A stretch of DNA of 64,000 nucleotides from Bacillota bacterium (GCA_023435025.1 JAEYSE010000020.1:16189-80188), one strand, 5' to 3'. Shown: positions 35,108 to 45,791, numbered from the stretch's first letter. The notes: generated by a model not told the origin, from the sequence alone. Program-made: numbers and translations.

Positions 35108-35692
35108 ATGGCGCTGCACACCAACGCGGAGCGCTCGCTTTTAACCCAGACACGTATTCTGCAGGCGGCTAGAAGGCTGGTAAAACGCCAGAGCTGGGAA
35201 GCGACAAAGATTAAAGAAATCTGCACCGAAGCAGGTGTTTCTATAGGCGCGTTCTACCACCATTTCGCCTCTAAACAGGAGCTGATGAACCGCGCCTTTT
35301 TGCTCTTTGACGATACGCTGGGGGAAAATTTGCCCGAACAGTCGGGCTCGCCCCTGGAGACGGTCAAAGAAGTACTGCTTGTGCAGACAGCGTTTGTGGT
35401 GAGTGAGGCCGGGTCAATCATTACGGAGTATTATAAGAATATTTTAATGGATAAATCCCGCTCCGCCGTTAACCCGGAGCGTGCGTATTACCGCAGGGTG
35501 CTTGCGTGTGTGGAAAACGCTCAGCCGTATTTTCGCAACGATCTGGAACCAACGTACATTGCGGAGCTGCTCATCAAATTTGTGCGCGGCTGTCTCATTG
35601 ACTGGTGCCTGCACGATTGCGGATATGATGTGGTGGAGCGTACGGGGAAGGAACTGGATTTTTTACTGGCGGGCCTAAAAACACAAAAATGA
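35108..35692 (+). CDS. TetR/AcrR-family transcriptional regulator
   Basis: HTH TKIKEICTEAGVSIGAFYHHFASKQEL. Start is either the ATG at 35108 or the GTG at 35096. Confidence 0.88.
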   Translation: MALHTNAERSLLTQTRILQAARRLVKRQSWEATKIKEICTEAGVSIGAFYHHFASKQELMNRAFLLFDDTLGENLPEQSGSPLETVKEVLLVQTAFVVSEAGSIITEYYKNILMDKSRSAVNPERAYYRRVLACVENAQPYFRNDLEPTYIAELLIKFVRGCLIDWCLHDCGYDVVERTGKELDFLLAGLKTQK

Positions 35693-35744
35693 TTGAGGCG
35701 GTGGAATTTGCTCATTTCAAACACACGATCTTCCCCAAATAGGC

Positions 35745-35775
35745 ACAAAAAAGCGGCCAAATGGCCGCTTTTTTA
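35745..35775. terminator. Bidirectional rho-independent terminator
   Basis: AAAAAA-GCGGCC-AAAT-GGCCGC-TTTTTT between the convergent tetR and rubrerythrin genes. Confidence 0.8.
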
Positions 35776-35793
35776 TTGCCGTTAGATCAGAGA

Positions 35794-36333
35794 TTAATAG
35801 TTCTCCGCAAGCACCTGGAAGAAGCTTAAGGGGTGTGCACATACCGGGCATACGTTGGGAGCTTCCGGGCCTTCGTGCACATGGCCGCAGTTGGCGCAGA
35901 TCCATTTGACGGGAGCATCCTTTTTGAATACCTTGCCCTCCTCAATGTTCTGGAGCAGCTTCAGGTAGCGCTCTTCGTGACGCTTTTCGATGGCGGCTAC
36001 GCCCTCCATCAGCTTGGCGATGTTGTCAAAGCCCTCTTCGCGCGCTTCCTTGGCCATGGTGGCGTACATATCCGTCCACTCATAATGCTCGCCGGCGGCG
36101 GCGTCCTTGAGGTTCTGCTCGGTCTTGGGAATGCCGTTGTGCAGGAACTTGAACCAGAGCTTTGCGTGCTCCTTCTCGTTGTCCGCCGTCTCGGTAAAGA
36201 GCGCGGCAATCTGCTCATAGCCGTCCTTCTTTGCCTGAGATGCATAGTAGGTGTACTTGGTGCGCGCCTGGGCTTCCCCGGCGAACGCAGCCATCAGGTT
36301 CGCTTCCGTCTTGGTGCCTTTCAAAGATTTCAT
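35794..36333 (-). CDS. rbr: Rubrerythrin
   Basis: Ferritin-like di-iron motifs (EAQARTKY, NEKEHAKLW, AIEKRHEERY) plus a C-terminal rubredoxin CxxC...CPVC. Start trimmed to 36333 (RBS AAGGAG). Confidence 0.9.
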   Translation of the reverse strand: MKSLKGTKTEANLMAAFAGEAQARTKYTYYASQAKKDGYEQIAALFTETADNEKEHAKLWFKFLHNGIPKTEQNLKDAAAGEHYEWTDMYATMAKEAREEGFDNIAKLMEGVAAIEKRHEERYLKLLQNIEEGKVFKKDAPVKWICANCGHVHEGPEAPNVCPVCAHPLSFFQVLAENY

Positions 36334-36504
36334 GTGTTTCTCCTTTCTATCCGGACCGGCCCTCGGGAATATCCCCAAAAGGGCATCGCCCTAATTGTAA
36401 ACAGAATGCGGGAATCAAAAACGGGTTTTAACAAAGAATGTTTTAGGCTGCTTTTGTAAAAATGGCGCACAGGCTGCCCCGTGCGCCGTTGTGCTTTAAG
36501 GAAC

Positions 36505-37500
36505 TCAGCCAGCCTGCTCGATAGCCACCGCCACCGCGACAGATGCGCCGACCATGGGGTTGTTGCCCATTCCGATGAGGCCCATCATTTCTACATGCGC
36601 GGGCACGGAGGAGGAGCCTGCGAACTGCGCGTCCGAGTGCATACGGCCCATGGTATCCGTCATTCCGTAGGAAGCGGGGCCCGCCGCCATGTTGTCCGGG
36701 TGCAGCGTGCGTCCCGTGCCGCCGCCGGAAGCCACGGAGAAATACTTCCTGCCGTTCTCGATGCACCACTTTTTATAGGTGCCTGCAACGGGATGCTGGA
36801 AGCGGGTGGGGTTGGTGGAGTTGCCGGTGATGGAAACGTCCACGTTTTCATGCCGCATGATGGCGACGCCTTCGTTCACGTCGTCCGCACCGTAGCAGCG
36901 CACCTTGGCGCGGTCGCCGGTGGAGAAGGACTTCTCATAGAGTATCTTCAGTTCGCCGGTGTAATAATCATACTCGGTTTCCACCAAAGTAAACCCGTTG
37001 ATGCGGGAGATGATGGTGGCCGCGTCCTTGCCAAGGCCGTTCAATATGACCTGCAAGGGGGTCGACCTAACCTTGTTGGCGGTCTTCGCGATGCCGATTG
37101 CGCCTTCCGCGGCGGCAAAGCTTTCATGGCCTGCAAGGAACGCAAAACACTTGGTCTCCTCGCGCAGCAGCATGGCGGCGAGGTTGCCGTGGCCAATGCC
37201 TACGACGCGCTGGTCCGCAACGGAGCCTGGGATGCAGAATGCCTGAAGGCCAATCCCCAGAGCTTCCGCGGCGTCTGCGGCGGACTTGCAGCCCTTCTTG
37301 ATGGCGATGGCAGCGCCCGCGATATACGCCCATACGGCGTTTTCAAACGCGATGGGCTGAATGGAGCGAACGATTCCCTCAACATCCACACCCTTTTGCT
37401 TGCAGATCGCCAGCGCGTCCTCCAGCCCGTTAATGCCGTATTCGGCGAGGGAGCGGTTGATCTTTTCTATTCTTCTTTCGTATCCTTCAAACTTAACCAT
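36505..37500 (-). CDS. GGGtGRT-family protein (conserved, uncharacterised)
   Basis: Contains the eponymous SGGGTGRTLHPDN motif and a Gly-rich C-terminus. RBS AAGGAGGGAG. Confidence 0.75.
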   Translation of the reverse strand: MVKFEGYERRIEKINRSLAEYGINGLEDALAICKQKGVDVEGIVRSIQPIAFENAVWAYIAGAAIAIKKGCKSAADAAEALGIGLQAFCIPGSVADQRVVGIGHGNLAAMLLREETKCFAFLAGHESFAAAEGAIGIAKTANKVRSTPLQVILNGLGKDAATIISRINGFTLVETEYDYYTGELKILYEKSFSTGDRAKVRCYGADDVNEGVAIMRHENVDVSITGNSTNPTRFQHPVAGTYKKWCIENGRKYFSVASGGGTGRTLHPDNMAAGPASYGMTDTMGRMHSDAQFAGSSSVPAHVEMMGLIGMGNNPMVGASVAVAVAIEQAG

Positions 37501-37518
37501 ACTAAACTCCCTCCTTTC

Positions 37519-38211
37519 TTATTCGTGGCGCGGGTCGATCACCTTGACGGCTTCCGCAAAGCGGCCGTAGGTGCCGATGTTCTTTTCAAAGGCTTCCTTG
37601 GGATCAACGCCCTTCTTGATGGCGTCCATCATCTTCCCTAAAGAAACGAAGCGGTAGCCGATCACCTGATCCTCCGCGTCCAGGCCAATGCCCAGCACGT
37701 AGCCTTCCGCCATTTCGAGATAGCGTACGCCCTTTGCGCCCGTGCTGTACATGGTGCCAATCTGGGACCTTAAGCCCTTGCCCAGATCTTCCAACCCTGC
37801 GCCAATGGGCAGGCCGTCCTCAGAGAACGCGCTCTGCGTGCGCCCGTAGGCGATCTGCAGGAACAGCTCGCGCATAGCGGTGTTGATGGCGTCGCACACA
37901 AGGTCGGTATTGAGCGCTTCAAGCACCGTCTTGCCGGGCAGCACTTCGGCCGCCATGGCTGCCGAATGCGTCATGCCGGAACATCCCAGGGTTTCCACCA
38001 GCGCTTCTTCGATGACGCCGTTCTTGACGTTGAGCGTCAGTTTACATGCGCCCTGCTGCGGCGCGCACCAGCCCACGCCGTGCGTAAGACCGCTGATATC
38101 CGTAACTTGCGTGGCCTTTACCCATTTGCCTTCCTCGGGAATGGGGGCAGGGCCATGCTTTGCGCCCTTGGCGACGCAAACCATTTCCTCCACCTCGCGG
38201 GAGTATTGCAT
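37519..38211 (-). CDS. NifU/IscU-N-terminal-like Fe-S scaffold-domain protein with C-terminal extension
   Basis: Three IscU-like Cys contexts: CAPQQGACKL, LGCSGMTHSAA, LVCDAINTA. Start trimmed to 38211 (RBS AAGGAGGG). Confidence 0.65.
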   Translation of the reverse strand: MQYSREVEEMVCVAKGAKHGPAPIPEEGKWVKATQVTDISGLTHGVGWCAPQQGACKLTLNVKNGVIEEALVETLGCSGMTHSAAMAAEVLPGKTVLEALNTDLVCDAINTAMRELFLQIAYGRTQSAFSEDGLPIGAGLEDLGKGLRSQIGTMYSTGAKGVRYLEMAEGYVLGIGLDAEDQVIGYRFVSLGKMMDAIKKGVDPKEAFEKNIGTYGRFAEAVKVIDPRHE

Positions 38212-38369
38212 GCTCAAATACCCTCCTTGAACTTTGATAAAAACTTGCAATATATATAGACCTATTGCTTCACGTTATAGTATAGCATGCATACAGGAAC
38301 TGCTGCACCTATTTTTTGTGACTTTTTCGTGGTATAATCCTGCTATCCGGCGTAGGGAGGGGAAGTGTA

Positions 38370-38639
38370 TTGGCGCCGCTGCTTTCTTTTTTGTGCAGCC
38401 TTGGGGCAGGCTTTTTGCTCACGGATCATTTCTTTTTGGGCGGGGAGTGGTATACGCGCCTGCCCGGATTTACGGCGTCTGCTGCGGCGCTCACAGGTCT
38501 GCTTATAGCGGGGCTTGAATACCGAATGAGAAAAACAAAAAAACAGCGCCGTCTGCCTATGACGCTTTTGATGGTTGCCTGCTTAATGGGCATACTCTCC
38601 ACCGGGCTGTGGTTGTACCAATTGATCTCCAATAAATGA
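38370..38639 (+). CDS. Small membrane protein, unknown function
   Basis: TTG start after GGGAGGGG. Three hydrophobic helices. An extended -10 (TGGTATAAT) lies about 35 nt upstream. Confidence 0.5.
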   Translation: MAPLLSFLCSLGAGFLLTDHFFLGGEWYTRLPGFTASAAALTGLLIAGLEYRMRKTKKQRRLPMTLLMVACLMGILSTGLWLYQLISNK

Positions 38640-38649
38640 GGGACATTAG

Positions 38650-39219
38650 ATGAAGCTTGCCGTCACGAAAAGAAAACCCATTCCGTTTCAAAAGCTCATA
38701 CGCGTACCCTTAGTATGTCTGGGTACGGGTATACTCAACTACATTGTCAGCCGTTTGGCGAATTTTATGGCGGGAGCGGGGCGCATCCCTGTGGACAGCG
38801 TTTTTATGATCGGCTGCGTCGCTGCGGTTGCATTGTTCCTGCTTTCCGGCCTGTTGTGTTTGCGGAAGCTGAAGCAGGATGAAATTATTCGCTCGGCGGG
38901 CTACGTGGTGCTGTATTATCTTGTGGCGTTTGTCGTGGCGCAGGAGTTGATCGCCCGCGCGCAACCGCTATCCAAATGGGAGTGGCTCTTTGTTCCGGTC
39001 TGGCCGTTTACGTACCTGCATGCGGGCTTATTGAAAGTAGGGTTCACCAACATGTATGCGCTTGCGCCCGCGCTGCTTTCCCCGCTGTTCTACGCCATGT
39101 TCGGCCAGCCGCGCGTGGTGGAGGCAGACGACCCTGTCGCCGCTCCGGTAAACCCTGAAGAAGTGAATGTACCTGATGTACAGGAAGGGGACGGGGAGGT
39201 ACAGAAGCCGAAGGAATAG
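38650..39219 (+). CDS. Polytopic membrane protein, unknown function
   Basis: Multiple TM segments and an acidic C-terminal tail. Followed by a terminator. Confidence 0.55.
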   Translation: MKLAVTKRKPIPFQKLIRVPLVCLGTGILNYIVSRLANFMAGAGRIPVDSVFMIGCVAAVALFLLSGLLCLRKLKQDEIIRSAGYVVLYYLVAFVVAQELIARAQPLSKWEWLFVPVWPFTYLHAGLLKVGFTNMYALAPALLSPLFYAMFGQPRVVEADDPVAAPVNPEEVNVPDVQEGDGEVQKPKE

Positions 39220-39259
39220 CAAACAGAGAGTAAATAGCTGCGCTTTTGTGATAGTCTCC

Positions 39260-39290
39260 ACGGGGCGGTTTTTACCGCCCCGTTTCTCTT
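39260..39290 (+). terminator. Rho-independent terminator
   Basis: CGGGGCGG-TTTTTA-CCGCCCCG followed by TTTCTCTT. Confidence 0.7.
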
Positions 39291-39419
39291 GTATAGCTAT
39301 TGAATAAAATGCGTCCAGTGAATACTTGTTACTTCGCTGCCGCCCGGGGCATTTTGCCCGGCAACCGTCGCTTTGGGGCGCAGGGGTTGCCGGGCAAGGC
39401 AATGGGGGAGGCAGAAACG

Positions 39420-40487
<1,068 letters not shown>

Positions 40488-40508
40488 GGTTGATTCTCCT
40501 ATTCGCGA

Positions 40509-41336
40509 TTACAGGCGGCCGAAGGAAGACAGATACTCCGCCTTCATAAATTTCTGGAAGCAGAATAGCAGCAGAATACCCGGAATTGTGACCATCAGGC
40601 TGGTAACGGAGGCGATCTGCATCTCATACCCCATGGACGCCGTATACATCTGCACCGGCAGCGTCTTTACAAAGGGCGAACCGATCATCAGCGTACCCGT
40701 AAACTCATCGAGAGAATACAGAAAAACCAGAAGGGCGGATACGAATATGCCCGGCCCGGCCAGCGGCAGGGCCACGTCAAAGAATGCGCGTATCCGCGAA
40801 GCGCCCATGGAAAACGCGGCGTCTTCTAGTACCTTGGGTATGGATTGGTACACCGACACCATGGTCCATATGGAATAAATGAACGCCGCGCCGATATGCA
40901 CCATCGCCACGCCGGACATTTTTCCCGCGAGATCCCACCGGTAGAAAAGTGTAGCGAGGTTCGCGAATATGGGAAGGGAGGGGAAGGCCTGGGGCAGCAG
41001 GAACAGCGCGAGTATGATGGTTTTGAACGGGATTTTATACCGCGCCAGCACATACCCCAACGGGACGGAAATCAGCATGACAACAAGCGTCGTGATAATG
41101 GCGATCTCGACGCCGTTGGTAAACGACGTCATCATGTCCCCGCGGAACGCTTTTACCCAATAAGAAACGCCGAATTGCTGCGGCATGATATTCGGCCAGT
41201 ACCACTTCTCGGCAAACGACCATATCACAAGGCCGCTTAGAGGGCCCACAATGACAAATATGGTGATAAAGTACGCGAGCAGGCGGCCCGTCAGCTTTAA
41301 TGGGCTTCTGTTGCGCAGCATATCGCTCTGTTTCAT
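40509..41336 (-). CDS. ABC importer permease (PotC-like), cassette 3
   Basis: Six-TM MetI-type permease with an EAA-like loop (LEDAAFSMGASRIRAFFDVALP). Confidence 0.85.
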   Translation of the reverse strand: MKQSDMLRNRSPLKLTGRLLAYFITIFVIVGPLSGLVIWSFAEKWYWPNIMPQQFGVSYWVKAFRGDMMTSFTNGVEIAIITTLVVMLISVPLGYVLARYKIPFKTIILALFLLPQAFPSLPIFANLATLFYRWDLAGKMSGVAMVHIGAAFIYSIWTMVSVYQSIPKVLEDAAFSMGASRIRAFFDVALPLAGPGIFVSALLVFLYSLDEFTGTLMIGSPFVKTLPVQMYTASMGYEMQIASVTSLMVTIPGILLLFCFQKFMKAEYLSSFGRL

Positions 41337-41340
41337 AGGC

Positions 41341-42249
41341 TCACTTCGCCGCCTTTCTCAGATAAATGACTGCAGCACCCAGTGCGAATACGTAGGAGAC
41401 CACACCCAGCGCGTTCGCGACGTTCATGTTGTTGAGGTAATTGATCTGCTGGAATATGTCCACCATAATGTGCCGGGCACCCGAACCGCTCCCCATCATC
41501 ATTACAACGGAGAAGTTCTGGAGAAAGGAAGTAAATATCAGTACCGCGGATACCGCGATGCTGCCAAAGGACAATGGCAGCAGCATTTCACGGATCAGCC
41601 TGAATTTTGATGAGCCCAGGTTTCTTGCCGCCTCCAAGTAGCTCTTGTCCACGGATTGGAACGCGGACATCACCAGCAGCAGCGCAAACGCGATCTGCTT
41701 CCAGCTGAGCGCGATGATCGTCCCAATCGGTCCGTACGCGTAATCCGGCGGCACTTCGATATTGACAAGGCCAATTAGGCTCAGCAAAGAATTCAGTATG
41801 CCCTTGGGCGCTAAAAATGTCCGCATTGCATGGCCGACCACCACGAACGGAATAAATAAGGGCAGCTTGAACATAAATTCGATAAACGGGTTTTCGTTGA
41901 GCGTCAGATATCCGCCGATCAATATGGATACCGTCAGTACCACGAGGAGCGACGCTACGGAAACAAACAGGGTATACAAAATGTCCTGGCCGTAAATCCG
42001 CAGGATGTAAGCATAGTTTTCTAGCGTAAATGCGCCGCCTTCTTGCGCCTGCAGGCTGCTTATGAAGGACAGCAGGAACGGGTAGACATACTCTACAAGA
42101 ATAAGCACCACCACGGGCAGCACAATGACCGCCCCCAGCAGCTTATAGGCGAGTTCTTTGGTCGCCTGCTTTTTTTGCGCGGCTTCTGCCGCAGGGTAAC
42201 TCTTCACGATGGCTTCACCCCAATCCGGCATTCGTTCAGCGGGAGACAC
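41341..42249 (-). CDS. ABC importer permease (PotB-like), cassette 3
   Basis: MetI-type permease with EAA loop YLEAARNLGSSKFRLIREMLLP. Confidence 0.85.
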   Translation of the reverse strand: MSPAERMPDWGEAIVKSYPAAEAAQKKQATKELAYKLLGAVIVLPVVVLILVEYVYPFLLSFISSLQAQEGGAFTLENYAYILRIYGQDILYTLFVSVASLLVVLTVSILIGGYLTLNENPFIEFMFKLPLFIPFVVVGHAMRTFLAPKGILNSLLSLIGLVNIEVPPDYAYGPIGTIIALSWKQIAFALLLVMSAFQSVDKSYLEAARNLGSSKFRLIREMLLPLSFGSIAVSAVLIFTSFLQNFSVVMMMGSGSGARHIMVDIFQQINYLNNMNVANALGVVSYVFALGAAVIYLRKAAK

Positions 42250-42320
42250 CCCGCTGACAAAGCGAGGAGACTTTGTCAGCGGGTCTTAAAACATCCGCAA
42301 TACGGCGGGCCGTGTTTGTG

Positions 42321-43562
42321 TTAGCGCACTTCCTCGTACGTTTTCAACAGGTCGGCCTGGTAGTTGGTCAGCATCAAGGTAAGCCCTTTGGCTGCAAGCT
42401 CCTCGGATGTGACTTCGCTGAACAGCTTGGTCTTGGCTTCGTCGCTGCACACCTCGAATACGGCGTTGGCGTCAATGCCGGGGTACCAGGTGCTGGCCTC
42501 TACCACATACTTGGCCTGAATTTCGGGGCGGGCGATAAAGTCTATGAACTTTTTCGCGGCATCCTGATTCTCGCCTTTTGTTGAAACCACCAGATACATG
42601 GGCTGGCCGGGCAGTCCGGGTTCGGGCAGTATCATTTTCATGTTGGGGTCCATGCGCCCGTCGCTCTTCCAAAGATAGAACATATCCACCCAGACGGGAC
42701 CCATGGCGATTTCGCCGCGGTTGAGCATATCCAGCGTACCGGCGTTTCCTTGCGTATAGACAACAGGAAGGCTCTTGAGTTCCTTGATCACGTCGGGCCA
42801 GGTCGCTTCGTTCGCTACGTCATATACGCCCTTGGAGAACGTATCGTACATGCCCGTCTTGTAGTACACATAACCGATTGTGAACCCTACGCCGGACATG
42901 CCGCCCGTTACGCCGTTGTAACCGAATTTGTTCGGGTTCTCCTTGATCCACGTTTCCAGCTCCGCAAATGTCTTGGGCGGGCTCGCTACCATGGCGGGGT
43001 TGTACGCGATAACCACCTGGGACTGGAACAAGGGCACCACATACCCTTCCACCGGCGTACCCAGTGCGTTTTTCGAGGATACGGTGTTAACGTACTTCCC
43101 GTTTTCGAGCTGGTCTACGAATTTCATGATCAATCCGTCGGCGATCAGATCGCGCATCACGCTTTGGTTGACACATGCCGCATCCAGGTCCCATTTTTCC
43201 TTCCCCGCGTCAAGCTGGGCGCGCAGCTTGGTATGAATCGTCTTGCTGCCGGAGTCACCCGCGCCGGTGCCCGCGATATTCACAGAAATATGCGGGTATT
43301 CCTTGTTGAATTCCGGCACGATCATGTTCTGGAAGAACTCCATCATGTTGGTATCGCCCGCGGTGGCGAAATTCAGGGTAACAGGGGTCGTGTCTGCGGT
43401 CGGCTCCGGGGGCGCCGCGGGCGGTTCAGTCTGGGCGGGCGCGGGAGCGTTCTCGGTCGCCGCCGGTTCAGAGGTTGCCGGAGGCGTAGGCGTGCAGCCC
43501 ATAAGTGCCCCGGTGATCATGAGAAGGACACACAACCAAGCGAGAAGTCTGTTTTTCTTCAT
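42321..43562 (-). CDS. ABC importer substrate-binding lipoprotein, cassette 3
   Basis: MKKNRLLAWLCVLLMITGALMGC lipobox, Pro/Ala/Thr-rich linker, family-1 SBP fold. ATG at 43562 is preferred (RBS AAGAGGTG). Confidence 0.8.
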   Translation of the reverse strand: MKKNRLLAWLCVLLMITGALMGCTPTPPATSEPAATENAPAPAQTEPPAAPPEPTADTTPVTLNFATAGDTNMMEFFQNMIVPEFNKEYPHISVNIAGTGAGDSGSKTIHTKLRAQLDAGKEKWDLDAACVNQSVMRDLIADGLIMKFVDQLENGKYVNTVSSKNALGTPVEGYVVPLFQSQVVIAYNPAMVASPPKTFAELETWIKENPNKFGYNGVTGGMSGVGFTIGYVYYKTGMYDTFSKGVYDVANEATWPDVIKELKSLPVVYTQGNAGTLDMLNRGEIAMGPVWVDMFYLWKSDGRMDPNMKMILPEPGLPGQPMYLVVSTKGENQDAAKKFIDFIARPEIQAKYVVEASTWYPGIDANAVFEVCSDEAKTKLFSEVTSEELAAKGLTLMLTNYQADLLKTYEEVR

Positions 43563-43638
43563 TGATGACACCTCTTTCTTTTTTATTAAAGCGTTGCGCT
43601 TTAAAGAAAATGCGTTTATGCAATATCGAATATTGAAT

Positions 43639-44589
43639 TCAATGGCTGCTGCCGTGGAGGTTCAGCCGCACCGCCTGCGTCCTCTGACGCCCATACGTAT
43701 AGGGCGGGTAATCCGCTTCATCGCTGAATAAAAAATCCGGCTGCGCGTCGGCGGGCAGCGCGTTCTTTATCAACCGGTAGACTTCCGTGTTGGAGCTGTT
43801 GTAGCGGCGGTCGGAGGAGGATGTCGTAAGCACCACCCGTGGGCGCACCGCCTGTATGGCGTCGACCGTGACGCTGTCGATCTGGCCGTGATGCGGAAGC
43901 TTGAATACATCCGCGCGCAGTTCGCTTTCTGTCAGCCCTTCCGGCCATGCGTGGGGGCAGCAATCGCCGGGCAGTAATATGGAACACCCGGGACCGAAAA
44001 TTTTCAATATCAGGCTTGCATCGTTGGATTGGCTGTCCAGTGCTACAAGAAACGGCAGCGCGTCCTCATCCGTCTCGCACTGATAGGCGCGATTTAGCAG
44101 CTCTACAAACGCGGCCCGTCTATGCGCATCCGGGCCCAGCGCCTTTGCTTTCAGCCCGCCGCCCAAAGCGATAGACACCCCGCGCGAAAGCTCTCGGAAT
44201 CGCACCCCCTTGGCGTCTGCCAGCCGTACCAGGCGCTGCATGACATTGAGCGCCTGCGTGAACAGCCGGACGTTTTCTGCTGTATCCGTCGGAAAGGAAA
44301 ACGCGCGTCCGGAACGGAAAAGCGCAGCCGGATAAGGCAGCCATAGCTCTTTTACAGCAAGCTGGTCGAGCACGGCTTCAAGCCCGCCGACATGGTCCTC
44401 ATGGATATGGGAAACGACAACGGCGTCAAGCGCGCCAATGCCGTATTTACGAAGCCAGGCAAGCGCCGGTGTGCGGTTCTCCCGATATTCATTCGGGTCC
44501 GCGCTTCCTCCGTCAATGAGAAGGCGATACCCTTCGGACTGCAGGAATATCGCATCCCCGTATCCGACATTGATGCAGATAATCTCCAA
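43639..44589 (-). CDS. MBL-fold metallo-hydrolase, ComEC C-terminal-domain-like (stand-alone), paralog of 7495..8418
   Basis: NVGYGDAIFL, SHIHEDHVGG, KLPHHGQ. TTG start after TAAGGAGC. Confidence 0.8.
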   Translation of the reverse strand: MEIICINVGYGDAIFLQSEGYRLLIDGGSADPNEYRENRTPALAWLRKYGIGALDAVVVSHIHEDHVGGLEAVLDQLAVKELWLPYPAALFRSGRAFSFPTDTAENVRLFTQALNVMQRLVRLADAKGVRFRELSRGVSIALGGGLKAKALGPDAHRRAAFVELLNRAYQCETDEDALPFLVALDSQSNDASLILKIFGPGCSILLPGDCCPHAWPEGLTESELRADVFKLPHHGQIDSVTVDAIQAVRPRVVLTTSSSDRRYNSSNTEVYRLIKNALPADAQPDFLFSDEADYPPYTYGRQRTQAVRLNLHGSSH

Positions 44590-44674
44590 GTTTGCTCCTT
44601 AAAATTTGCTTCGTTTTATGAAAATTGTGAAACAAATGAATGTCTGCGAACACCGCGCAAGATTTAAAAGAAAA

Positions 44675-44688
44675 TGAAAGCGTTTGCA
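44675..44688. promoter_or_regulatory. cre/LacI-type operator-like site TGAAAGCGTTTGCA
   Basis: Matches the CcpA cre consensus TGWAANCGNTNWCA at 13 of 14 positions. One half-site is identical to the TGCAAACG half-site at 15885, 22565 and 26692. Sits upstream of the MBL-ABC genes. Confidence 0.45.
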
Positions 44689-44749
44689 TAAAAGCGGATG
44701 CGAAGAAACGAAAATTCGGCATTGTAAATATGGAGGATATCGGTGCGGA

Positions 44750-45745
44750 TCAGGTGGTTTGACGCACGATCAGTTCGGTTTTGACAAGAATCTCCCCAGG
44801 GGTAACCGGTTGGTTGTTGATCATGGAAATGAGATTTTCCGCCGCAAGGCGTCCAAGCATCTGCGTATCCACGCGTATGGAGGTCAATTCGGGCTCTATC
44901 ATTTTGCAGATTTCGCTGTCGTCGTAGCCGATCACCGCGATGTCCTGCGGTATTCGCAGCCCCATGCGCAGCGCCGCTTTCACAGCTCCCACAGCAATGG
45001 TATCGTTGGTGCAGAACAGGGCCGTAGGCCTATCGGTCAAAGAAAGCAGCGAGGAAGCGCAGCGGATTGCGTCCTCAACCGTGGGTTCAACGGACTGAAT
45101 AAAGCGATAATCCAGCTCGATATCGTTCTGCCTGAGCGTATCCGTATATGCGTTATAACGCAAGGAATAGGTATGGGGTGAGAAACGGCCCGCAAGCATG
45201 CCGATTTTGCGGTGCCCCCGGTCAATCAAATGTTCCATTGCCTGCACAGCACCGCCGTAATGATCCGTCGTAATGCTGATAAGGTCATCCATATCCAGCT
45301 TGTTGTTCAATAACACAAAGGGGATGTTTTGTTTTCTGAGGCTCAATATGGTGTCGGTATCCGTCTGCCCCGCAAGTATGACGCCATCCATCTGTTTCTT
45401 CATGTACAGCTCGCCGCTGGGCAGCCGAAGATCTTTATCAGATGAAACAAACAGGCCATAGCCGCCTTTTGCTGCAGTTTGCAGTACCGCTTCAAATACA
45501 GGGGAATAGAACGGATTAAGCACAACGGGATATTGGCGTTCGTATATGATAAATGCGATATTGTCCGTGCGCTTGCGTACCATGGCGCGGGCGATGGCGT
45601 CCGGCGTATAGTTGAGTATCTTGGCCGCCTCGTAGATTCTGTCCCGCGTTTCGGCATTGACATTGGCAGGTTCGACAAACGCGCGGGATACCGTGGTTTT
45701 TGAGACGCCGCTTAGTTTTGCCACATCCTTTATCGTCGCCGCCAT
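44750..45745 (-). CDS. LacI-family transcriptional regulator (full length)
   Basis: HTH MAATIKDVAKLSGVSKTTVSRAF plus a PBP1 effector domain. Confidence 0.9.
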   Translation of the reverse strand: MAATIKDVAKLSGVSKTTVSRAFVEPANVNAETRDRIYEAAKILNYTPDAIARAMVRKRTDNIAFIIYERQYPVVLNPFYSPVFEAVLQTAAKGGYGLFVSSDKDLRLPSGELYMKKQMDGVILAGQTDTDTILSLRKQNIPFVLLNNKLDMDDLISITTDHYGGAVQAMEHLIDRGHRKIGMLAGRFSPHTYSLRYNAYTDTLRQNDIELDYRFIQSVEPTVEDAIRCASSLLSLTDRPTALFCTNDTIAVGAVKAALRMGLRIPQDIAVIGYDDSEICKMIEPELTSIRVDTQMLGRLAAENLISMINNQPVTPGEILVKTELIVRQTT

Positions 45746-45791
45746 ATTGCCTCCGAGAAGATACGAAAATCTATTATAAAGGTGAAATGTT

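Noticed and set aside
43586-43604. Palindrome TTAAAGCG-TTG-CGCTTTAA between the MBL2 stop and the SBP3 start, considered as an internal terminator or attenuator.
   Set aside because: On the transcribed (minus) strand it is followed by A-rich sequence, not T-rich, and sits directly before the SBP RBS. At most it is an mRNA-stability or processing element, which is not supportable from sequence alone.
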